Shown here piece after piece: positions 1-14,400 of a DNA stretch of 64,000 nucleotides. The notes under the pieces are model-generated. The model saw nothing but the letters and a program-made list of their open reading frames with translations. It made no database searches and was not told where the DNA came from. The stretch is from Phoronis australis (Eukaryota; Animalia; Phoronida), in NCBI GenBank assembly GCA_002633005.1, contig NMRA01000222.1, positions 587,635 to 651,634 on the forward strand, in the 5' to 3' direction. The position numbers and the translations under genes were made by a program. Every line of letters begins with the position of its first letter. Position 1 is the stretch's first letter.

Positions 1-335
1 TTATCCTCTGTTATAAATTATTTTAAGAATGTTTGTTTTGAAAATTATGAACTTGAGTGCACTATTCCCAACTGCTTTGTATGTAACTATTTTCGATAAT
101 CTCTCCCAGTCTTTACACAAGTAGTTTTAAAGTACATCATCACCTAATTTTTATAGTTCTGCTTATCTGTAACGCTGTATTTTTTCTTTCTTATTCTCTG
201 GTGGCTCCGTGGTCAGCGGACCTTTCGGGTCCTTCACGGAGTCTCCATAAGCGTAAATTTGTATCAACTGTATTTTTTGGTTTTTGACTTAAAGTGAATA
301 AAGTGTATTACTAGTACTACTACTACTACTATCTA
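1..335 (+). mobile_element. 3' end of a LINE (L2/Crack-like)
   Basis: Frame 1 reads ...ENYELECTIPNCFVCNYFR* (C-terminal Cys motif); 3' hairpin GGACC-TTTCG-GGTCC, AATAAA and a (TAC)n tail follow. Confidence 0.6.
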
Positions 336-589
336 TGGTGTTGGCAAAAGTTTGAAGTGTCAGAACCATAGACTGAGAGCGCTTGGTGTCTATAATGATT
401 CCTGTTCTTCTTCAGTTGACGAAAAAATTGCTATCGGCATAAAGAACTTTCGTGAGAAATTAATTATGAGGTGTGCACCTGTATCCAAGAATAAATATTA
501 ACAAGGACAGCACACAAACGCAATAGTTTGAAAGCGTATAATTATGTCTATATATATTATAGTGCCATGCATTTTTCATTAATTTATTA

Positions 590-1691
590 CTCACGGTTTC
601 GCTCCTGGTCTTCAAAGAAAACAATATTTAAAGCTACCTTTCCCTTCGTGTACTCCTCGATATCCTTCCCGTCGCACTCATCTATAATTTCAGGCAGCTT
701 CTCAACGGAAAATTTAACGTATTTAATAAACGATAGCTCATCACTGAGTTTTCTCAAGCTCAACTGTCAAATCATTCGCTAGTTGTACTCTTAATACATG
801 TATCTCACCTTCCGCGTTTCGTTTCTTTGACGTTGTTTGAGGTTGCAGTATCGTGGAACAACGCCGTAGGATGAGAGAAATTGCACCGGATAATTGGAAT
901 TGGCTGCAGTTCTTTCCTTTAGAGTGCCCGGACTCAACTGCGTCGTTTTCTTGGCAAGTCACCTTGCCTGCCTAAATTTTTCTGAGCATTGAAGACATCG
1001 ACCTTCTCCTGCGCTAATCAAGCTTTTATCTGCTATAGAAATGTTACGCCTAATTTCCTACCATTTTAGCGCACTTTGTGGCTCTCAAGCATATCCCGGA
1101 CCTGCTGTAAGTCTAACGTTTGATAATTCGGTAAAAATCGCATACAGCTACAATTAGCAATGTCATAATCGCATTTCTTAATTCCGCCACAGTATGCATA
1201 CTTGGAAGTTAATTTTGCTTGGTGTTCTCCCAAATTAATCCACAACAGTTGTTCATCATTAAGAGAGTTCCGTCTACACAAAACGCTTCCTTGTCATTCT
1301 TCAACATTCGTGTATATGCGCTTGCTTCGAAGGACCTGCAGACGCCGTGGCTGGAATATCGGCAGCTTCACGACTAAGTCTACAGCTAACTCCTGTTGAA
1401 ATTCTTCATTCTTGTTTGCAGGTGCTAATAGTTGCCTTCAATGGTTTTCATAATAAGAGACTAGAAATCCGAGTTATCCCACACGCCCACTGGCCCGCTG
1501 CTGCCTTCCATTTTCACAGACCCTGCTACAGCTGACTTGCGCAATAGCCGAATTAGTGAGCACATTGTGGTCACGTGGCGGGTACAGGCCCATGAGACAA
1601 GTTGCAGCAACAAATTAAGTACAAATTCACAAAGTAACCCTCATACACACACAATTAAATGCGCAAAACTCCTCCTGTATTTCTTAAACCT
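590..1691 (-). mobile_element. Kolobok-type relic: terminus plus decayed first transposase exon
   Basis: CCT|TTAA end at 1691; ATG at 1511; WINLGEH...DYDIA...FL motif resembles the first exon at 25500-25731; possible donor GTGAGT near 594. Confidence 0.45.
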
Positions 1692-4600
1692 TTAATTTAA
1701 TGCTCAAGCTATACAACGAGTGCGTGCTGAAACACAACATTGACCTTGGACCACCGATGGACTCCTCGCATCAGGATCTTAGTAAGCGGGGGAAAGGCGC
1801 TTGCCACCCCAAAAATTGCAGGCCTGAGGTTCAAACCGTGGTAATCGACAAAGGCGTGGGGCTGAGGAAAGACAAAAAAGAAAGACTGCGAATACTCATC
1901 AGAGAGAAAATTCAAGAGAACATTTGACAAATCTGTATCAGTGTATGATTTACCATTTGAGGTCCCTGGCCAGGGCAATCGTTTTCAGGGTACCCGTTTT
2001 TGCAGCATAGGTCGTCTAAACGCACTTGAAAACGTGCACTTAGTCATTCATACATGTATTTCGAAAATTCGAGAAAATTTGTAAAGCGAAAGTTTTGCGG
2101 AGCGTATTAATTCAGTCGCCGAATTTTTAATTTTAATAAAACAAATTTTGCGAATGCAAAACCATATTTTTCCAGAGGTCTCTCTCTCTTTGGCAAGGGA
2201 TAACGGACAAAACTGTAGCTCTATTTTCTTGTTTTTTTTCGAAATTGTGTATCACTTGAAAAATTTGATGACCTTACAGATAACGTTAATTGCTGCGCAT
2301 TTCCTGACTTCTGAAAATATAGATCTTTTCATATTTAGGGGCAAAGTCCTTGAAGGGGGCCAATGAAGACACCTAAGTGACCACATTTCTCGCGTTTTTA
2401 TTAACAAATTATTAAGGGGCCGCTCACGGAGAGAGGGCCCAATATAGGAACTGATTACTTCTATTTTCCTGTTTTTTGTGAAATCACACAACCGGTTTTC
2501 ATGTTGAGGAGGGTCATTTCTTGCAGAGTTACACAACGTGTAAAAGAATGAACTGTCACTCTTTCCCAAACTTAATGGTTTTCAGTCTTTCATTCCATTT
2601 TAGACGGGACCCTTTCTCGGTGGGGCAGTTCGGAAGATTTGTCATCTTGGTCCATGGGCGGCGCACCATAGGGGGCTGGGGGCTATAGTTCGCACTTTTT
2701 TCAGTGCTACGCCGCAAATGGTCTATAGGCGGTGCACTACAGAGGGGCTGAGGCGGCTTTAGCTCCCAATTTTTTCAGTGATGCACCCTCTATACACTTC
2801 CGACATGACTGACACTGCCAGCTACTCACGAGGGAAAGTTGAGACTCCAAAATCATCAAAAACACAAACATTCGTGTACAGCACAGAAGCTATCTTGTAA
2901 GAAATGACGATGCGCGCCACTCAACTTAGTTGAAGGCTTGGGAAAATTCGATCTATCATCAGACCACCATATCGCAATGAAGTGCACGACACGATAACAG
3001 TGATATTCATGAATGTCGGGCAGCTCTAAATGTTTTATTGAATTAAAAACTACACTAGTGAAATTGAAAAATTTACAAACCGTAGATCGAATAAGAAGTT
3101 AAAGTCATTGATCATAAATTTGGAAAGGTTGTCTTTGCACTTCCTTGATGCTTGTAGTTCCCAGTAGTATTGTGCAATGAATTTTGGTTCTTCTAAACCG
3201 AATCGTTTGCTTGCCATTCCCGTGCATACTGCACAGACTGGGCACGTCATGACTCAGTGACGCAACCACGGAAAAAATACGGTGTAGTCATGCAGTAGTC
3301 CCGCGTAGAATCGCAGTGGTTGACCAAAAATGAACTTGAAATGCAGGCGTTGAAGTGTCAACGGTACATTTTTGGGACACACGTTCATTTTCCCCAGCTG
3401 CCCGGCAGAAACTTGACCCGGCAGGGGCCGTGTTTCAACAAGGAATTTTGATACAGCTCTATAGGCCAAGGACTTCGGGACCATACCTTTCAAAAAAATC
3501 TTCAGGGAATGACCATATCAAAATGAATTTTTCCCGACTGAACTCGGGATCAAAAAACGACCTTTGGAGCCAGAACACGGGTATAGGTTCGAGCTACGCC
3601 GCACGTATCAGTCAAATGAATCATAGCGGAACTGACTGGCGACTACCATTAGTTCGTCAAATTGCACATGCATGGATCAGACTTCCCGGAGACGCCGACA
3701 CCGGCCACCGTGGCTTAGAACTAACGCTAATTTCTCGACAAACACTTGCTTCTAAATCTGGATTTAAGCAAAATGACAATGTGCACGCATACACACATCC
3801 AAACGTATCCAAATATAATCAAAGGTTTTTTCATGTGAAACTACATTCAATGTTCTTTGAACATTGACGTGGGTGAGTTCTTAGTTTTCTTGGGATGATA
3901 TCTGCCCAATAAGGTAGAACTGCGTTTCAAGTCATACACTATAGGCACCTGACGGTTCAAATTAGAAGCTCGTGTCGTATGACGTCGTATGACGTAGGAG
4001 ATGCGAGCCATTTACTCCCTAAGCCAACACTGCGTGTATTATCTTATTTATATGGAATATATTTGCCTACGCGAAAGTAGTTCACTTCTAACATTTTGCT
4101 CGGTAGACGGCGCTTTTGTAAACACGGTGGCTCGCGATTTCTGGTTTAGGCAGTAGACCTATCGTGTTTTTGAATCAATGTAAATATTACTAAACAACGG
4201 TTGTAAATGCCGACTCAGATCAATGTCCGAACCGGGAATCTAACCTGGACCAGCCATGTACGCCTGCACGGTAGTACTTGCTTAAAAAGTGAGTTAAAAG
4301 GGGTCTGAATTGAAGATAAATTGGTGATTTTCGACGCATACCACTGTCATCACTGTGACTGTGGCCGCTTGGACTTCGACTTCAGAGCTCAGTCTTATCA
4401 CTTAGCTACTTTGGAAACAAATTGGATACAATGTTCCCTGGTTTAGAGAATGACGCTATCAATATGTTGTAATGACTTAGTGCAGGTTCACTAGTTATAC
4501 ATCACGGAATCAGGCTGTTAGTGTTAGCCAGATGGAACACGGTCAGTGACAGCAAATGTCTAGACTTGACCAGGCGAATACACGTGTTGTTGGTCACTTT

Positions 4601-5149
4601 TTACAAGGAAAAAAGGGAAATGAATGACAGGACAAGAACATGGTCGAAAAAAGTTGATGAATTTAACAACTGAATAACATTCCTATTATTCGGTGGATTA
4701 GATAGTGACCACCGTCTCTAGGTGGCCCCAGTAGAGACAATGAAGCGCTCCTGAGAGTTTCATACATTGGTAGGTTTTCGGTGACTTATGCCTCACACTG
4801 ATTAAAACATCAAAATCATGTTGTTTAAGTACCTCTTGCTCATAGAGGGACACCTTAGGTACCCATTGATGTCTTTAATTTTTTCGAACTCAAACAAATA
4901 CTCCTGTAATATAACTTTTTCTACAATCAGTCCTTCGTTCAGTTGCAGAAATCGTCAACTGGCCAGTTGTACACTCCGCGCCCACCTATTTTTACCGCGC
5001 CCGCCGGTGTGAGGCGTAATTGACCTTAAATCTTCCGGCGTATGTTACTATCAGTGGATGAAACTTGTTATCCATGTCAGGGACCATTATATCCGAGCAG
5101 AGTCATATTTTGTAATTCTGCTTTATGGCGACTCGGGTTGGCCAAATTC

Positions 5150-5930
5150 ACACTACAAACAACATGAAAATATGCTACGGCTCTGGAATCGTTTAGTTCT
5201 AATGGATGAAAGCAGAATTGCCAAAAAAGTCTTTTTATGGGACCTTAAACATCGGAACTCCTGCAACTGGTCAAGTTCAATATTTAAAATTATGGAGAAG
5301 TGCGACTTTTTAGAAAAGTTCAGGAACAAACAAGTTGTGTCTCTCGAAAACTTCAGAACATTCAGGTTCCAGTTAGAAGAGTTAAATTGGTTAAAAATAA
5401 TAACTGAGAAACCAAAACTGTACTTATATAGATCTATTAAGAATGACTATTGTGTAGAAGAGTATTTACGTCTGCCGGTGTCTCAGAGGTCCGTCATAGC
5501 TCGAATGAGAGCAGGTATTCTACCATTAGAGGTTGAGGTGGGGCGGTACTTCGGAATTCCTGTGAATGAACGGATTTGTTGTGTTTGTAAAAAAGGAATT
5601 GAAGATGAAGTTCATTTCATTTTTGATTGTGAAAAATATACTCACATTCCACCATATTTTTACGGCGTTCTGCCCTACCTCAAATATTCCAAAATAACTT
5701 GAAAGGTCTAGCGAAATTCATTCAAGACGCTTTGCAGGTTAGGAGTAATTGTTTGTTTATAAACTAGTCTGAAGTGGTCATATTTGAGCTTGTGCAATTT
5801 GCTATGTAATGATTTAATTATTATTAGGTGACTGAGTAAGCCCATTGAGGCTGGGGGGTGTGGTGAATAATCTGTCTTTGATATTGTATTTACTGGTACC
5901 CTTATGTCACTATAATAAATAAATACATAC
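5150..5930 (+). mobile_element. 5'-truncated LINE (CR1/L2-group-like) ORF2 C-terminus and 3' tail
   Basis: RLWNRL, KPKLYLY, LEVEVGRY, ERICCVC...EDEVHFIFDC (RT-associated zinc-binding region); ends in AATAAATAAATACATAC. Confidence 0.85.
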
Positions 5931-7472
5931 ATGTATTTCTCGTAATTTATATTTACTTTACTTCCAAATTTTTTATTGATTTACTCTATATTTTCAATTA
6001 CAATGCTAATGCTTTTGTTTTAAATATTTGAAACAAAAACGCTTCACCGACACTCTTGAATTTGACAAACTAAAATCGGTCACTGACAACTCCATGTGTA
6101 CTTTGTCGGCGCATATACACCCGCTAGGAGTCGCCACAGTCAATAACCCAGTAATAGCGGTGGCCACAGTGAACGGTCTTGTTAACGTATTTATTCGGTA
6201 GAACGAGCTTTCTCACTGATTGATGTAACCTCAGAAGTCATTGCTTAGCATTCAAAACAAACTGAGAAAATGGCGGGCTATGAACGATGTTTAGCCTTGT
6301 CAAGCAAGTGGCGTTTCTTCAGTAATGCTTAAAGTGTAATTTGCTAGGTCCAATTATGTTAAATTGCAATATTATCTTCAAGGTATTGCTTTTTGGATGT
6401 ATTTTATTCAAATTATCGTATAATTGTATCTTCAGTTATTTCAAACAAGCGAAAATAAAAAAAATCCGCGAAAAGTTGACCTTTGACACAGTGACAAGGT
6501 GTTGGGGAACACCATAGACATCACATTGCCCGGGTGCACGCCACTCAGATACATGCAGCTCGCGTTGTCAATATGGAGTTGCTACACAGGACAAAAAATG
6601 GTGGAAAACCGTGGGAGCCCTACGACATCAGTCAGAAAATCGGCGGGCTCGCAGTGTTATGCTTGCAGCTAAAGAGTTAATTCTTTTGGCCCTGCCTTTG
6701 AGTCATGGGGTTTTTGATTCGGCCATGCAGTGTAGAGGTGGTGCCACTACATGTACAGTACATGTAGGTGTTTATGTTGTGCAACTATAGTTTAAGCGGA
6801 GCGTTTATGCCTTGTTTCCCGATATCTGTCTTGGTGATTGAGACCATATAAGATCAATTAAAAGATAATTATTGATCACCATAAGCTGTTATCCAATGAT
6901 GATGCTGTTTGTTAATTGTACTTCAGTAAGTATTTGGTATCAATGACAATCAAATGTATTTTTACTTGTTCTGAAAAATAACATCCCCGAACCTACTCGC
7001 TAGCCATCAAAATCAGTACATCTAAGTGAATAATGTATTCTCTGTTGAAATACACACTGTATATACTGATTTAAAAATTCATTTCTTAATAAGTATTTCA
7101 AAATCAGATTTCTTCTGCTGTATTAAAACAAACATATCCCTGCAAAATCTGTACTTATGTCACAGTTGATATCGGAATTTTTTGGATTTGCAGTGCTTGC
7201 TTACGGGCTCTTTGTTTTGTGACTCAAAACTTGCGCAAAACGTATAGTGCATAGTAACCAAAATATCAAACATGTACGACTGAATTGCTCATCCGACCTA
7301 TACCCAAAATACAAAATTTCCCACTCGAAGGCGAGTGGAAATATACCCAACCCAGCAGGTAACCCCGTGAAAAATGACCCCAGCTAAATTTTTCACATGT
7401 TCTAAATTTAGTGTGAAGAATTTTTAGCCCATGAAAAATGACCTCATGTACGTAAAAACCAGTCAACGGTTC

Positions 7473-7825
7473 CAGGGGCGGATCCAGAATTTTGATTTAG
7501 GGGAGAGGGCCCGGGCAGAGGATAACATGCGAGCACCCAGCCTAAAATATAGAGGTGGGAACAAGAAGACGAGTCCTGAAAAACGGGGTTATAGGTTCAA
7601 CCCCGTGCATTCGCGACGAATCTTCGGACTTTTTGTTTCTCTAAGGAGGGCCTTTTTGCTCACTTCGTCAAATGGGGGACTCATTCGCCCCCCGAGCCCC
7701 CCCTCTCTGGGTGCGTGCATGTATTAGCCAGGATTTTGCCTATCGGACTTTCGCACCCCCGAACTGCCAAATGGAATCTGGGAGAATTTTAGAGGGGTCT
7801 TGGCCACTCTCTAAATCCGCCACTG
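7473..7825. mobile_element. CAG(G/T)GGCGGAT-terminated MITE with 5-bp TSD, containing a nested CATG-terminated MITE (7526-7721)
   Basis: TSD GGTTC/GGTTC; termini CAGGGGCGGAT...ATCCGCCACTG. Relatives at 32002-32124, 44429-44600 and 63874-63995. Confidence 0.8.
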
Positions 7826-8733
7826 GGTTCCTCCGCAAAAGGGGCTGGGATAAGCAATTGGCGATTTTTCCACAAAGTGTTCGATGCGCGGATGTTTAGG
7901 TCTGGCCTGAGTAACGCACAGCAAGGGAAGTCTTGCTTTTTCAATACATGCCGCTATTAGGGAGTGAAAGTACTGAACGGCGTGCAGACCAAGAATATGA
8001 GGTGGGGAAGCTGGGCTGAAGCGAAAACAATCACAATTCTCTAACAGTCCTTCGTTCAGTTGCCAAACTTGGCAACTGGCCATTTTTACACTGCTCGTGC
8101 CAGGATATAATATCTGACTACTGAACTGCATGTAGACTAATCCAAAATAGTTGGCACATGTTAAGAATCTTCTTATTGCAGCCAAGTTTTCTTACTATAA
8201 AAGTCAAATTTGGAACCGTGAGAACTGAGGCCAAGCTTGCGTGGGAGAAGAATTTATTTAAATTTCTCGGCAATACGTACATGTATTTCATGTTAAGAGC
8301 GGGGATGGATTGGAACGGTTCGAAATAATGTGTGGGAGCGGGGCTGATCTCCTAGTGAGCACACAATTACACGGTGTGGGGATATTACAAAACGCCGGCA
8401 AGTGCCTGGTGCTTGATCGGAGGTGACTTCAGATCCGTGAGAGAGGAATATTTGTCCGTTGGCAATCCCGAGTGATGCACCGGAGAGCAATTGAGATTGT
8501 GTTCTTTGCTTTTTTCATTACGGAGTTCTCCCACTTAGTCAAACTTGTTAGGTTATATATAGCACACGTTGGGAGGATGACCGCTTTAAATAGCCTATAT
8601 CTTGCACCGACGAATGGTTCATTCTGGAAATTAGGGTTGGAGGGTCAGTTATCTTTTGTTCGATAGTTGCTCTAATCTCCAATATGATCATATCTTATTG
8701 AATCACTGGGCTGTGGTGTTGAAAATAACTTAA

Positions 8734-10136
8734 GGTTATCTCTAACTTTATTTAGTGGCCCTATTTTAACTCGTATATCATAAAACTAAGCTTTGTAAGC
8801 TAGTAAAAGTACATATTTTCTGAAAGAAAAAAAGATTAGGGAATATTAGAATCCTTTTTGTAATAATGTACTATTATTAATTTTACGTAAAAACTTTTTA
8901 AGTCTAAATTTTATGTTTAAGAAAGGTACATTCATAGCAAAATAACCACTCGGTCAATTTTAATGAAACTATTTTTAAATGAAAACTTTACTAGTTACCT
9001 CAAAAACGATGTTAGGAATTTTCGTTTAGTGTTTTCGTTTGGTTTCTATAACAAATCAACTCACAAAACGTAAGGTATCTTTGTAAAAAAAGGAAGTCGT
9101 ATTCGTCTTTGTTACATTACGCAAAAATAGGCCTTCATATCGAAAATCTCAACATCGTTTTTGAGACTGATGACTAAATATTAAATCTGGAAAGTTTCAG
9201 CGAAATCCACCGTGTTCCTAAGTTCAAATAAAGTCGATTTAACGAAGCCGAGAAAAACTGATTAAACTGGGACAAGTGTAAATCTCAAAGTCTTCGGATA
9301 ATTATTCGGTGAAAACTTCTTTTCAGTACATATGACTTATACACGCCATAAATATGTTCGCTATTTCAACATTCACTCGCAATGTCAACTGATTTTGACC
9401 CGTAACTCGCTTAATTATCTTTAAAACGTACCATTCCCAGGCTAACTACTGTTGTTTGCGACATTTGAACTACTTTTATATGTAAAAAGGTCACAGTTCA
9501 TTGTTATACACATATCCTGTGCACGTCTTGTGCTAAGCGACTGATACGATACCAAGTAAGTAATGGATAATACAAATCAAATCGGAGGTTAAAGCATGTC
9601 GTTAGCATGAGATCGAAACATTGAAATGTCAATTTATTAATTGAATGAAGAAATTAGGGTGAGGGTTAATCTCTTTCCACAACTTGCTGTGTTCATGACC
9701 ACAGGTGCCTGAGGCGACCGTAGCATTCGTTCTCAACGCCAATGGTCGTATGCATGTAGACGCACAACTCTCTTAGGATCAAAACTACGTTTTGTGTTTG
9801 TTTTTCCCGGCAACATTCTACCATAAGTACACCTCGTTGACTCAATGTTATTGCGATTTTGTGAATGAGTGGACTGAGGGTATGCAAAGCTGTTCTGTAC
9901 CTGGCAGGAAATTCGATTTGATTGAAAGCCCTTTAACCTTTGACCTCGGATATGTAGTAAACAAATGTCCACGCGGTTGTGCCGTTCCATGGTGGTTCTG
10001 TTAAATCTTTTTTTCTCGTTACGCAGTATATATTTTGTATGTGAAGTTCGCCGAGAATGAAGATAAGGTATTTTGCTAGACGCATTTGAAATATTGTAAA
10101 AATGGCCCTGTTTTGTGAATAAGGTTGGACATAACC
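8734..10136. mobile_element. TTAA-flanked non-autonomous TIR element (Kolobok-type), 1403 bp
   Basis: TTAA|GGTTATCTCTAACTTTATT ... AATAAGGTTGGACATAACC|TTAA. Both flanks are contiguous around a single TTAA in the inverted paralog near 48890. Confidence 0.85.
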
Positions 10137-11181
10137 TTAAGTTATAAAATGTTTGAATATACAGTAAACCAATGACATTTCTGAATTCCCCATCAAATAT
10201 TGGTCATACTTAAAGCTTTTGAATCACCAAAATCGCCCAACTGTTCAATCGAAGTTAAGACTATCAAACTCTCAAACCGCTGCCAGTGTACGTCTGGTAA
10301 AGTCACGGAACGGGAGAACGCCCTAATGAACTTTAAAAACCTTTCATTTATCTATATGACTCCAATGTCAATTGTCATATAGTGTTTGATTTTACTTTAT
10401 TTCTGTTTCTGTTTCTGTTGACGAAGGACATTATTATATCCGAAAATTTCAGTTGCTCCGTTCTTGTTGTTTTATTTACCTATTTAAATTGTTCAAAACG
10501 GAATGTTATAAGCAATTTCCGCGGGCACGCTCGCAGATTTCTGACGGGTAACTTGGGCGAGAATTTGGGTACACTCGTTCGACATTTCCACGGTCAACCC
10601 AATGGTAGCCTTCTGAACCTGAACCATCCAATGTCGGATCATCACTGTGGAGTCTGGATAGACAGTCACTGGTATATTCTTAACGTGATGAAAGGAATCA
10701 TGAGGTTAAAATCTGGCAGATAAATCTGCACCGTGCCAACAACCCATCAGTGCTTCTGCAGCAGACGCTTGAGCGCAATACCCTATTCATGGCCTTCGTA
10801 CAAGAGCCGTGCTGTCGGGGAAGCGCGATGATGAACACTCCTAGGAATGCCAAATCTTATATTGCTTCACTGGGTAACAACATCAAGCCCAGGGCGCGAT
10901 TCTGGTATCATAACCTCAAGAATCCTTCCTGAGTTTTGTGACAGGGACACTGTGACAGTGTCCTGTGATACACTAAGACCAAATGGTCTAATATGCACAG
11001 TATGGTGGGTCTCAGCCTATATGCCATGGGACTCCGCCGAGAACCCACCCCTACCTAAACTGCAACAAATCACCAATCACTGCAGAGACAAGAATATCCC
11101 TTTGGTTATCTGTTGTGATGCCAATTCACATCACGAGGTGTGGTACAGCACTGACACCAACCCAAGAGGTGAGGCACTTAG

Positions 11182-11441
11182 TGTTGTGTACTTAGTCACA
11201 CAATAACCGGATGTTTGTAGGTTGTTATTGTTTATGAGTTTAGTAGTTTAATTGGTATTATGTCATGCGATTCCTAGTACAGGAAGTGTGTCATAGGTAA
11301 CGCATCATATGTTGTTATGTAGTTGTGTGTATATGTTATGATATGTAGAATAAATCAGTTCAGTGTTCAATTCAATTCTGTTCGTTTCACTGCGTAGTTC
11401 ATGGAGTGTCTATTTTATTTGACAAAGTAAGATACACAACA
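11182..11441 (+). repeat. 5' LTR (260 bp)
   Basis: Direct repeat of 15633-15897; by eye 6 substitutions and one 5-bp indel; 9-bp terminal inverted repeat; contains AATAAA. Confidence 0.96.
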
Positions 11442-11442
11442 G

Positions 11443-11455
11443 TGGCGACGAGATG
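11443..11455 (+). promoter_or_regulatory. Primer binding site, tRNA-Ser(GCT)-type, overlapping the gag ATG
   Basis: TGGCGACGAGATG versus TGGCGACGAGGATG, the complement of the metazoan tRNA-Ser(GCT) 3' end as recalled; lies 1 nt after the LTR. Confidence 0.75.
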
Positions 11456-14400
11456 ACTGCGAGCTCACAAAGTTACCTGCCCCCGTTTTCCAGTGAATAT
11501 GATGGTAGCGAGGAGTGGGAATGCTACTTGGAAAGATTTGAACTGTTTCTACAAGCGAATGAGGAATCAGATTTCACGAAGAAGCAAGTGGCAGCAATGT
11601 TCTTGCATTCCATTGGCAAGAAGTACATGTATTATGGAATTGTACGGGATCTGGTCAGCCCAGCCAAACCCAACCAGAAAACATACGTAGAGTTAAAGGA
11701 AACTCTGACGAAACACTTGGCAGGACCACGACTGACAAATGCGGAAAGGAGAAAGTTTATCAAACGAGACCAAAATAGAGGTGAGTCGATTACGGACTAT
11801 GTAGTCGCGCTCAAACACCTCAGTGTTACCTGCAAGTTTGGTGATAAACTGGACGAGCAATTGAGGGACAGACAAAATAGCGGAATTGATAATGAGCAGA
11901 CTTCGCTAAAGTTGCTTGAGAAGTCAAGGGAAAAAGAACTGACGTTCAATGAGGCTGTCGAGTTCGCCTTAGCCAGAGAAAATACTTTCATGAAAAAAAA
12001 AACCATGAAAGATGAAATAGCTTCCACTGACGTAAAGGTGATAAAGGCCAAAAGGAAAAATTGGGATCAGAAAAGCCGGCGAGTTGACAATCCAAAGTCA
12101 AGACCAAAGGGGAAAACCAGTACAGAGTGTTACAGATGTGCCAAGCCCTCACACCATCCGGATGAATGTTGCTTCAAGAAGTCAACGTGTCACAAGTGTA
12201 AGAAAAAGGGGCACATTAAAGTTGCGTGTGGGAGACAGCCTAGCACGAGACGTATACTCCAAGCTGGAGGCGACCCAAACGACAGCGAGGACAGCGATAC
12301 AGCATATAGCGTAAATAACACGGGAACAGATGACGCTATCTACGTGACACTAAATGTTGGTGGTCATTATGTAGAGATGGAAATGGACACTGGCAGCCAT
12401 GACTCCATCATACCATATGATTTGTATGTAAGTATGTTTGAAAAGGAAAGTGAATTGAAGACATCTGAGCGAGTGTATACAAGTTTCACTGGTGAGATTG
12501 TTAAACCTGTAGGTAAGTTTCTTGTAAATGTCCAGTACGAAAATCAGTCCTGTGATCTGTGGTTGCAAGTTGTCAAGCAGTGTAAACATAATTTACTAGG
12601 CAGGTCATGGTTAACTCATCTGAAACTCAATTGGGGTGACTTACTGTCTAATAGGAAGCATGTGCTGTCTGTCAACAGAGTTCATTCACTTGAGTTAGTG
12701 TTAAACAAACATAGTGATTTGTTTGAAAACAAATTAGGCACTTTGAAGAATATTAAGGCCGATGTTCAGTTGAAGGAAGGGAGCATGCCTGTAAGAAGTA
12801 AACCGTATAGGGTGCCATTTGCGGTCAAACCGAAAGTTGATGAACTAGATAGACTAGTTAAATGTGGCGTTCTTACACCTGTTGAACATAGTGATTGGAG
12901 CACAAGCATTGTCACTGTTCAGAAATCTGATGGTTCTGTGAGAATATGTGGAAATTACAAAACTACTGTAAATCCGAATCTTAAACCAGTGGCACCGCCC
13001 AATATCAATATTGAGGAAATTTGGCTAATTTAAGAGGAGGGGTCAGTTTTTCGAAATTGGATCTAGCTCATGCGTACAATCAAATGGAGCTTACTGACGA
13101 ATCAAAAAATATTTGACAACTGCTACACACAAAGGGTTGTTCACTCAGGATCGTCTTGTTTTCGGAATCACTAGTGCACCCTCTCCATGGCAAAATGCAG
13201 TTGAACAAGTGTTACAAGGCTTGTCAGGAGTACAAGTTTACCTGGATGACATATTGGTTACAGGTAAGTCTTACAAAGAGCATTTGAAAATTTAGACAAA
13301 GTTCTAGATCGATTGAAAGAATATGGATTGAGATTGAGAAAATCCAAATGTGAAGTCATGAAAGACTCAGTAGAGTATTTGGGTCACGTTATTGACAAAA
13401 CTGGAGCTCATAAATCTAAGAAAAAGGTCGATTTGATTATGAACATGCCATTACCAAAAGATGTGTCTGGACTAAGAAGTTATTTGGGTCTTCTAAATTA
13501 CTACAGACGCTACATAAGAGATATGTTCACAGTTATTGCGCCTTTGACTGCTATGTTGCAGAAATCCCCTAAGTTTGAGTGGACAGCCAAAGCTAAAAAA
13601 GCTTTCCAAAAGTCAAAAAATGCATTGAAAGAATCTGGATTCCTGGTTCATTTTAACCCAGAATTAGCAGTAACCGTTGCAACAGATGCATCTCCTGAAG
13701 GTGTAGGCGCGGTATTGTCGCACATTGTATATGGTGAAGAAAGACCTATTCAATTTGCTTCACGTAGTCTAAGTAAAACAGAAAGGAAATACCCTCAAAT
13801 TGAAAGAGAAGCATTGGCGATAATCTTTGCTATGAAACGGTTTTATCCGTATTTGTATGATCGGAAATTTACACTGATTAGTGACAACAAAACACCTGTT
13901 GCAGATTTTGGTCCAAAAACCGACTTACCTATTTTAGCAGCAGAAAGAATGCAAAGATGGGCAATGTATTTGCCTGGATTCAACTACGATATCAAATTTC
14001 GTAATAGCAAATCCAACGCCAACGCAAACTGTTTATCTAGATTACCAGCTGAAGAATGTCAACAAGCTGGAAATGAATATGAGCCAACTTATGCTCAGGT
14101 ATTCCATGTTGATATTTTGCCTGTGGAAAATAACCTTATAAAACGGGAAACGCCGAATGAACCTGGTTTATCAAGAGTTATGAGGTATACCATTGATGGT
14201 TGGCCAAAGAAATTGTCAGAAACTCATGAAGTATTGAAGCCTTTTTTCGACAGGAAAAATGAGCTTACAATAGAAAATGGATGTTTATTTTGGGGATTAA
14301 GAGTAATAATACCGCCAAAATGTAGAAATAAGGTGTTAAATGAATTGCATTTTGGGCATATTGGGGCTGTGAAAATGAAAGCTGTTGCTCGTTCATATGT

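Noticed and set aside
3254-3867. ORFs of 79-170 aa here and other short ORFs (for example 21801-22328, 56275-57638, 61312-61701)
   Set aside because: No recognisable motifs; most overlap repeats or are antisense shadows of TE or PKS frames.
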